Source: Chitinophaga pinensis
GTDB lineage: Bacteria > Bacteroidota > Bacteroidia > NS11-12g > UBA955
Direction of reading: 5' to 3'
DNA length: 64,000 nucleotides
Assembly (NCBI GenBank): GCA_945860565.1
Contig: CAMAQS010000001.1
Location: 427 to 64,426, forward strand
In this document: positions 57,953-64,000 of the stretch, one piece after another
Layout of the letters: each line of letters opens with the position of its first letter
How positions within the stretch are numbered: the first letter of the stretch is position 1
The notes under the pieces: model-generated
Database searches by the model: none
What the model was told of the DNA's origin: nothing
Seen by the model: the letters and a program-made list of their open reading frames with translations, nothing else
Translations under genes and position numbers: made by a program

Positions 57953-58127
57953 ATCACCAACAGTTTGACTTAGGGTTCAAATAAATGTCGTTGTTAGAAT
58001 AATGTCTTTTGAGTAGACCAAACAAAAAAGGAACTGTGGTTGGTTTGAATAAGCCATTCTCTTTGATTTGGGCGTTAATGAGCCAAGCCTAGATTGATTA
58101 AAACCCATTAAACCGTTTCAGTTAATT

Positions 58128-58526
58128 TTAATGTTTTAAATAAATTGCCAAAGGCTTCCAATAAAATTCTTCCCAGCCACTTGTTAAGGCAGTAACTTTG
58201 TGTTCAGGCACATCGGTTTGGATAAATGTCAATTTTGTTTTGTCGTCAATTTGTTCTAAAGCAAATGTGCAAATTGAATAATGGTCATCAGGCCAACCCT
58301 CTTCCGCAAAATGCCACGCCTGAACGATTTTCTCATTTTTCACTAATTCAATGTTATATCCGTGGCAATAGCCTTCATACATGTCAAAATTCCCATTTTC
58401 ACTTCTATCAATATTTGCTTCTGCACCCGTAAATGCAGCATGTTTTTTTTCATCTAATAGAGCTTCATAAACTTCTTGTGCTGATGCCAAAAAAGTGACG
58501 GTTTGATTAATGTGGTTGGTTTTCAT
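58128..58526 (-). CDS. SRPBCC superfamily protein (Aha1/START-like)
   Basis: 132 aa. The pattern TVTFLASAQEVYEALLDEKKHAAFTG…W is typical of Aha1-domain (activator of Hsp90 ATPase homologue-like) bacterial proteins. Confidence 0.6.
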   Translation of the reverse strand: MKTNHINQTVTFLASAQEVYEALLDEKKHAAFTGAEANIDRSENGNFDMYEGYCHGYNIELVKNEKIVQAWHFAEEGWPDDHYSICTFALEQIDDKTKLTFIQTDVPEHKVTALTSGWEEFYWKPLAIYLKH

Positions 58527-58639
58527 AAATTGTAGATATTGGTTGTTAAACTCGGAATATACGAAATTTGTAATAGAGACTACCCTTTTATTAGTGATTA
58601 AAAAAGTTCAAAATAAGACGAAACTCAGAAAAAAGGACA

Positions 58640-58680
58640 AAAAAAAGGCCGTCCGTAATTCATGGACAGCCTTTTTTTGG
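58640..58680 (-). terminator. Rho-independent terminator after the POT transporter gene
   Basis: On the - strand the stem AAGGCTGTCC/GGACGGCCTT has one G-U pair, which would be a C-A mismatch on the + strand. The loop is 9 nt and TTTTTTTGTCCTTTTTT follows. Confidence 0.8.
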
Positions 58681-58692
58681 TGAATTAATATT

Positions 58693-60615
58693 TTATCTCA
58701 CTCCATTCATAAGAACAAGCAATCTTTTGCTAATAAAGAACAATAAAACTGCAGCAATGCCCGCCATAAATACAAACAACATGAAGAAATCGTACAATGT
58801 TTCAATTTGGAATCCAGCAAAGTAAGGTTTTGTTGGTTTTAAGTTCCAAACTTGCACTCTTTCAACTGCTTTAAATTTTCCATCTTCTTGTTTTTCATCT
58901 GTAACATCATGTGTCATTAACAATGTAGGGTTGATTAAAACCGCACGGTCAAAGTTTTTGTTATTTGACTTAATCAGTTTCAAATGGAAAATGGAAACAT
59001 AAGCCGTTTTGGATGTACTATCAAAAGCCAAACTACTTATACTGTCGGTCTTGGTTTTATCGTTTTTAACCGTACCGATTGTGGCAACGGGAAGTGCGTA
59101 TTCAGATTTTGGATTGGATTTAAAAGCTACGCTATCTATTACATTTGTTCCCAATTGTGTCAATACCGCTTGAGGAACATTTCGAGAGTACATTTTCTCC
59201 AATTTAACTTCTTCAGGGTATAAGGAGCTCAATGTTCCTGCAAATTTATTTGCGGCTGCTGTTGACAAGAACCACACTCCCATTAATAAGGAAGCCAATC
59301 TAGCAGGCGATAACTTGTTAACCATAGATAAACCAATTGGCGACAAGCACAATTCACCAAATGTGTGAATGGTGTACAAACTCACCAACCAAATCATGCT
59401 TACTTTAGAACTTGGATCTAACCCTTTAACTCCAAAAGCAATAACCAAATAACCTAAGGCCAAAAGGAATAAACCCAATGACTGTTTAAATGGAGATGGT
59501 GGTTCCATATTTCTGCGACCCAAGAATCCCCATATTGCAACGAAAATAGGCGCGAATATTACAATAGCCACAGCATTGATTGATTGAAAGTAAGATGTTG
59601 GAATGGTGGTATCAAAAATTACTCTGTTGGTTTGTTCTTCAGCAAAATAAGTCAAAGATGCACCAGCTTGTTCAAATGCAGACCAGAAGAAAATCACAAA
59701 AAAGGCTGCGATATAAATTACCCAAATTCGCTGTTTTTCAATTTTACTCAATGCAGGATCTGTAATGATAAATCCAGGTGCTGCAATGGTTAAACCGAAT
59801 ATGAATGAACCAATTAAACCTAGGTCTAATTTGGTAAAATAGAAAATCCCAAACAAAGCCAAAAATATACCAAGCCATATAAACATTCTAGTTGGGTCAA
59901 CTTTTACTTTCTCATTAGATTTAGTGGTATCCACTTCACGCATGTTGTTAGGTTTATCGCCAATTTGACGTCCATCTGGTGTAACAATATATTTATTTTT
60001 TAATGCTATAAAAAACACCAAACTCACTATCATTCCAATACATGCAGCAAGAAAACCCCATCTAAAATCACCAGGGCTACCAGTATCTCCCAAATATCCA
60101 CAAAGTAATGGTGCAATAAAAGCGCCCAAATTTATACCCATGTAGAATATTGTAAAAGCAGAATCTACCCTTTTGTCTCCTTCTGGATACAATTGACCTA
60201 CCATGGTGCTAATATTGGGCTTAAAGAATCCATTTCCAATAATTAGGAAAAATAACCCAGCGAACATAAGTATGGCTGCTACACCAGGCGTTTGGTACAA
60301 TGTACCACTCATAAACATAAAGAATTGACCAATTGCCATGAGGATACCACCTATTACAATGGATTTTCTATTTCCCCAATACCGATCAGCCATGTAACCA
60401 CCCAATAAAGGCGTTAAATAAACCAAGCCGGTATAACTTCCGTATATATCAGAAGCTGCGCTTTTGTCAATTAATAAGGCTTTAGTCATGAAAAGCACAA
60501 ATAAGGCTCTCATTCCATAATAGCTAAATCGTTCCCACATTTCTGTTACAAAAAGGACATAAAGTCCTTTAGGATGTTTGTTACTTGAATTCTGTATTGT
60601 AGTTGTCTCACTCAT
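58693..60615 (-). CDS. Proton-dependent oligopeptide transporter (POT/PTR2 family MFS)
   Basis: The PTR2 signature EMWERFSYYGMRALFVLFM and the FYMGINLGAF motif are present. It is a polytopic membrane protein of 640 aa. A ~140-aa hydrophilic insert precedes the last TM. Confidence 0.9.
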   Translation of the reverse strand: MSETTTIQNSSNKHPKGLYVLFVTEMWERFSYYGMRALFVLFMTKALLIDKSAASDIYGSYTGLVYLTPLLGGYMADRYWGNRKSIVIGGILMAIGQFFMFMSGTLYQTPGVAAILMFAGLFFLIIGNGFFKPNISTMVGQLYPEGDKRVDSAFTIFYMGINLGAFIAPLLCGYLGDTGSPGDFRWGFLAACIGMIVSLVFFIALKNKYIVTPDGRQIGDKPNNMREVDTTKSNEKVKVDPTRMFIWLGIFLALFGIFYFTKLDLGLIGSFIFGLTIAAPGFIITDPALSKIEKQRIWVIYIAAFFVIFFWSAFEQAGASLTYFAEEQTNRVIFDTTIPTSYFQSINAVAIVIFAPIFVAIWGFLGRRNMEPPSPFKQSLGLFLLALGYLVIAFGVKGLDPSSKVSMIWLVSLYTIHTFGELCLSPIGLSMVNKLSPARLASLLMGVWFLSTAAANKFAGTLSSLYPEEVKLEKMYSRNVPQAVLTQLGTNVIDSVAFKSNPKSEYALPVATIGTVKNDKTKTDSISSLAFDSTSKTAYVSIFHLKLIKSNNKNFDRAVLINPTLLMTHDVTDEKQEDGKFKAVERVQVWNLKPTKPYFAGFQIETLYDFFMLFVFMAGIAAVLLFFISKRLLVLMNGVR

Positions 60616-60733
60616 AAATAGGGTGTTTTTTTATATAAGACGGCTAAAATAGATAGAAATTTTGAAATATCAATCAACATGAAAAAAATGTAAAACTATG
60701 AAAGCAATATATAATTGTGTTAATTTGCGATTC

Positions 60734-61777
60734 ATGTTTGAAATTACGGCCAAAGAAATAGCTTCTAAAATTGGTGGCACCATAGTAGGTGATGAAAATA
60801 GAAAAGTCAATTCCGTTAGCAAGTTAGAGGAGGGTATTATTGGAAGTTTAGGCTTTTTTTCAAACCCAAAATACGAAAAACTTCTCTACGAAACAGAGTG
60901 TAGTATTGTATTTGTGCCCTTAAATTTTGTACCTACAAATTCTGTAAATGCGGTTTTAATAAAACATGAAAATCCCTATTTCGCATTTTGTAGTATTCTC
61001 GCAACCTATTTTAACCCTAATCAAACAAAATTAGGAATATCTCAATCGGCAAAAATCGATAAAAATTCAAAAATTGGCGAAAATGCGTATATTGGTGAAA
61101 ATGTTACCGTCGAAGAAGGTGTTGTTATTGGAAACAATGCCAAAATTTACCACGGAGTGGTTATTGGAAAAAATTCCATTTTGGGGGATAACATTATATT
61201 ATATCCCAATGTAGTTTTATATTCTTATACACAAGCCGGTCATAATTTGATAGTTCACAGCGGCACTGTAATTGGCAGTGACGGTTTTGGATTTGCCCCC
61301 ATTGGAAAAACCTATTTGAAAATTCCTCAAGTGGGAAATGTGCAAATTGGAAACGATGTTGAAATTGGTGCGAATTGCGCCATAGACAGGGCAACCATGG
61401 GTAGTACAAGAATTGGGAACGGGACAAAATTAGACAACCTTGTTCAGGTTGCTCACAATGTTGAAATTGGAAATAATGTAGTCGTTGCATCACAAACGGG
61501 AATTGCTGGAAGTACCAAAATTGGAGATAATTGTGTTTTTGGGGGACAGGTAGGTGTGGCTGGGCATATAAACATTGCTGAGAGTAATTCATTTGGAGGC
61601 CAAGCAGGTGTTACTGGTTCGGTGAGAAAAACCAATCAAAAAATGACTGGGACTCCCGCAATTGATGTAAATGCTTATCTTCGCGGTATTGTTGGTGTTA
61701 AAAATATTGACAAAATAATGAAGGAATTAAAAGAACTAAAACAAGAAATAATCCGGTTGAAAAATCAGAATGAGTAA
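60734..61777 (+). CDS. lpxD: UDP-3-O-acylglucosamine N-acyltransferase
   Basis: I chose the ATG at 60734 (MFEITAKEIASKIGG…). It has a long left-handed beta-helix hexapeptide repeat region and sits in the conserved lpxD/lpxC-fabZ/lpxA order. Confidence 0.9.
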   Translation: MFEITAKEIASKIGGTIVGDENRKVNSVSKLEEGIIGSLGFFSNPKYEKLLYETECSIVFVPLNFVPTNSVNAVLIKHENPYFAFCSILATYFNPNQTKLGISQSAKIDKNSKIGENAYIGENVTVEEGVVIGNNAKIYHGVVIGKNSILGDNIILYPNVVLYSYTQAGHNLIVHSGTVIGSDGFGFAPIGKTYLKIPQVGNVQIGNDVEIGANCAIDRATMGSTRIGNGTKLDNLVQVAHNVEIGNNVVVASQTGIAGSTKIGDNCVFGGQVGVAGHINIAESNSFGGQAGVTGSVRKTNQKMTGTPAIDVNAYLRGIVGVKNIDKIMKELKELKQEIIRLKNQNE

Positions 61778-63185
61778 TTTGAGTCAAAAACAAACAACTT
61801 TGGCAGCACCGGTTAGTTTTACTGGTGTTGGATTGCATACTGGTGCGAAAGTAACAGTAACTCTCGTGCCTGCGTTAGACAATTTTGGATATAAATTTCA
61901 AAGAATTGATTTAGACGATCAGCCCATTATTGAGGCAGACTGTGACTTGGTTACCGATACAAGCCGTGGTACAACTTTAGAAAAAAACGGGGTAAAAATT
62001 TCAACGATTGAGCATGTTTTGGCTGCTTTGGTTGGCTCTGAAGTGGACAATGCTCTAATACAAATAGATGGTCCCGAAATGCCCATTATGGACGGTAGCT
62101 CAATCGTATTTGTAAAAGGAATTGAAGAAACTGGAATTCGAGAATTAGAAGAAGAAAGAGAATATTTTGAAATTCCCTATAACATAAATTATACTGATGC
62201 AGCCAATCAGGTAGAAATTATTGCCATGCCAGTAAATGAATACCGTTTAACTGTTATGGTCGATTACAATTCACCTGTATTAGGAACCCAACATGCTGCA
62301 TTAAACAAAATCAGTGATTTCGCTACAGAAATTGCTCCTTGTAGAACTTTTTGTTTTTTGCATGAGTTAGAATATTTATTAAACAACAATTTAATAAAAG
62401 GCGGTGATTTAAATAATGCCATTGTTGTAGTTGATAAAGTAGTCACACAAGATGAGTTGGATAGATTGGCTGTCGTTTTTCAAAAAGAGAAGGTCGAAGT
62501 TAAAAAAGAGGGAATTTTAAATAATTTGGATTTGAGGTTTAGCAATGAACCAGCAAGGCATAAATTACTAGACATGGTTGGTGATTTGGCACTGGCAGGT
62601 ATGCCAATTAAAGGTCAAATATTGGCCGCCCGCCCCGGCCATGCCAGCAATGTTGCATTTGCAAAAAAATTAAAACAAGTAATGAAAAAGGAATTGAAAA
62701 GAAAATTGGATGGCCGACCCAATTATGATCCAAATCAAAAGCCTGTTTATACTACCAAAGACATCATTAAAATGCTTCCACATGCACATCCATTTCTATT
62801 GGTAGATAAAATTATAGAAATAAGTGCTACTCATGTGGTGGGTATAAAAAATATCACATACGACCAACCATTCTTTAATGGTCATTTCCCTGGAGATCCA
62901 ATTATGCCAGGGGTTTTACAAATAGAAGCTATGGCTCAAGCGGGTGGTATATTGGTATTAAGTACAGTGAGTGACCCAGAAAATTACGGTACTTATTTTT
63001 TAAAAATAGACAATACGCGTTTTAAAGACAAAGTGGTTCCTGGAGACACTTTAGTGATGAAATTAGAATTGACTGAACCTGTTAGACGTGGTATCTGTAT
63101 AATGAAAGCACGCGCTTGGGTCGGAGATAAATTAGTTTGTGAATCTGAATTAATGGCACAAATTGCCAAAATAAATAATATTTAA
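61770..63185 (+). CDS. lpxC/fabZ: Bifunctional UDP-3-O-acyl-GlcNAc deacetylase / 3-hydroxyacyl-ACP dehydratase
   Basis: The N-terminal LpxC blocks are GVGLHTG, TIEHVLAAL and HKLLDMVGDLAL. The C-terminal FabZ hot-dog block is HFPGDPIMPGVLQIEAMAQ. This fusion is typical of Bacteroidota. Confidence 0.92.
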   Translation: MSNLSQKQTTLAAPVSFTGVGLHTGAKVTVTLVPALDNFGYKFQRIDLDDQPIIEADCDLVTDTSRGTTLEKNGVKISTIEHVLAALVGSEVDNALIQIDGPEMPIMDGSSIVFVKGIEETGIRELEEEREYFEIPYNINYTDAANQVEIIAMPVNEYRLTVMVDYNSPVLGTQHAALNKISDFATEIAPCRTFCFLHELEYLLNNNLIKGGDLNNAIVVVDKVVTQDELDRLAVVFQKEKVEVKKEGILNNLDLRFSNEPARHKLLDMVGDLALAGMPIKGQILAARPGHASNVAFAKKLKQVMKKELKRKLDGRPNYDPNQKPVYTTKDIIKMLPHAHPFLLVDKIIEISATHVVGIKNITYDQPFFNGHFPGDPIMPGVLQIEAMAQAGGILVLSTVSDPENYGTYFLKIDNTRFKDKVVPGDTLVMKLELTEPVRRGICIMKARAWVGDKLVCESELMAQIAKINNI

Positions 63186-63187
63186 AA

Positions 63188-63970
63188 ATGATACAACCCC
63201 TAGCCTACGTTCATCCAAGTGCAAAAATTGCTGACAATGTGGTCATTGATCCTTTTGTAACCATACACTCGGATGTTGTAATAGAAGAAGGCACCCATGT
63301 AATGTCTGGTGCTGTAATTTTTAGAGGAAGTAGAATTGGTAAAAATTGCAGAATTTTTCCAGGTGCTTCTATCGGTGCTATTCCCCAAGATTTAAAGTAT
63401 GACGGAGAGACAACATTAACCATTATTGGAGACAATACCACCATTCGTGAATATGTAACCATCAATAAAGGAACAAATGCTTTGGGTTATACCAAAGTTG
63501 GAAACAACGTGCTCTTAATGGCTTACGTTCACTTAGCGCACGATTGTGTTGTTGGTGATCATTGTGTTTTAGCAAACAGCGTTCAAGTAGCGGGTCATGT
63601 TACCATTGGAGATTGGGCCATTCTTGGTGGAGCTGCATTGGTACACCAATTTGTGCACGTAGGTAGACACTCTATGATAAGTGGTGGGTGCTTGGTGCGA
63701 AAAGACGTCCCTCCTTATACAAAAGCAGCTAGAGAACCTTTAAGTTATGAAGGTGTTAATAGCATTGGTCTTCGAAGACGTGGATTTTCAAACGAAAAAA
63801 TATCTGAAATTCAAGATATTTACCGCACCCTTTTTGTGAAAAGCTCAAATACGACCAAAGCGCTTAAATTGATAGAAGCTGAATTTGCTCCAACCAATGA
63901 AAGAGATGAGATTTTGGGATTCATACAAGAATCCGACAGAGGCGTGATGAAAGGTTATATCACCAAATAA
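63188..63970 (+). CDS. lpxA: Acyl-ACP--UDP-N-acetylglucosamine O-acyltransferase
   Basis: 260 aa. The hexapeptide beta-helix is followed by the helical C-terminal domain (GLRRRGFS…I…Y). It lies immediately after lpxC-fabZ. Confidence 0.92.
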   Translation: MIQPLAYVHPSAKIADNVVIDPFVTIHSDVVIEEGTHVMSGAVIFRGSRIGKNCRIFPGASIGAIPQDLKYDGETTLTIIGDNTTIREYVTINKGTNALGYTKVGNNVLLMAYVHLAHDCVVGDHCVLANSVQVAGHVTIGDWAILGGAALVHQFVHVGRHSMISGGCLVRKDVPPYTKAAREPLSYEGVNSIGLRRRGFSNEKISEIQDIYRTLFVKSSNTTKALKLIEAEFAPTNERDEILGFIQESDRGVMKGYITK

Positions 63971-64000
63971 ATGCTCCAAATTCAACTAACTGGTTGTGGT

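Noticed and set aside
63971-64000. An ATG immediately after the lpxA stop codon opens a frame (MLQIQLTGCG…) that runs off the window.
   Set aside because: Only 10 codons are visible. That is too little to call a gene or a product.
1-64000. A scan for CRISPR arrays, IS elements or transposases, integrases, rRNA operons, prophage genes and toxin-antitoxin or defence gene pairs.
   Set aside because: I saw none. There are no spaced direct-repeat arrays, no DDE, tyrosine or serine recombinase motifs and no rRNA-like segments. The window looks like chromosomal core.

Overview
The window looks like chromosomal core DNA from a low-GC member of the Bacteroidota, probably class Flavobacteriia. Four observations support this lineage. 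Four large proteins end in T9SS type-A C-terminal sorting domains. lpxC and fabZ are fused within an lpxD/lpxC-fabZ/lpxA cluster. TAnnTTTG (-7) promoter boxes recur upstream of genes. TonB-dependent receptor and DUF4249 genes are paired. I count about 45 protein genes and one tRNA-Val(UAC). I saw no rRNA, CRISPR array, transposase, integrase or obvious phage or defence genes. Recognisable content includes gyrA, a uvrA-like gene, nuoI-N, a membrane pyrophosphatase (hppA), serC-serA-DUF1015 and hmgA. It also includes gcdH, a phosphohexomutase, an N-acyl-amino-acid-lipid acyltransferase pair and an RqcH/NFACT homologue. Peptidases of families S8, M16 and M42, a POT peptide transporter and LPS genes (LpxL-like, GT4, rfaE-like kinase) are present too. 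Packing is very tight: four convergent gene pairs abut or share a 4-nt TTAA stop overlap, and many co-directional gaps are under 20 nt. I did not find a clear multi-gene accessory system. The strongest anomalies are these. (1) A 1,075-bp ORF-poor AT-rich island lies between two convergent genes. (2) An OmpA-domain gene sits where nuoH would be, at the head of a nuoI-N unit. (3) An 84-aa tail with 12 cysteines extends the pyrophosphatase. (4) DUF1015 is tightly coupled to serC-serA. (5) Two T9SS cargo proteins have unusual motifs: a CxxCH motif, and a gingipain-like domain that seems to lack the catalytic dyad. All functional calls rest on motif recognition by eye. No database search was run.
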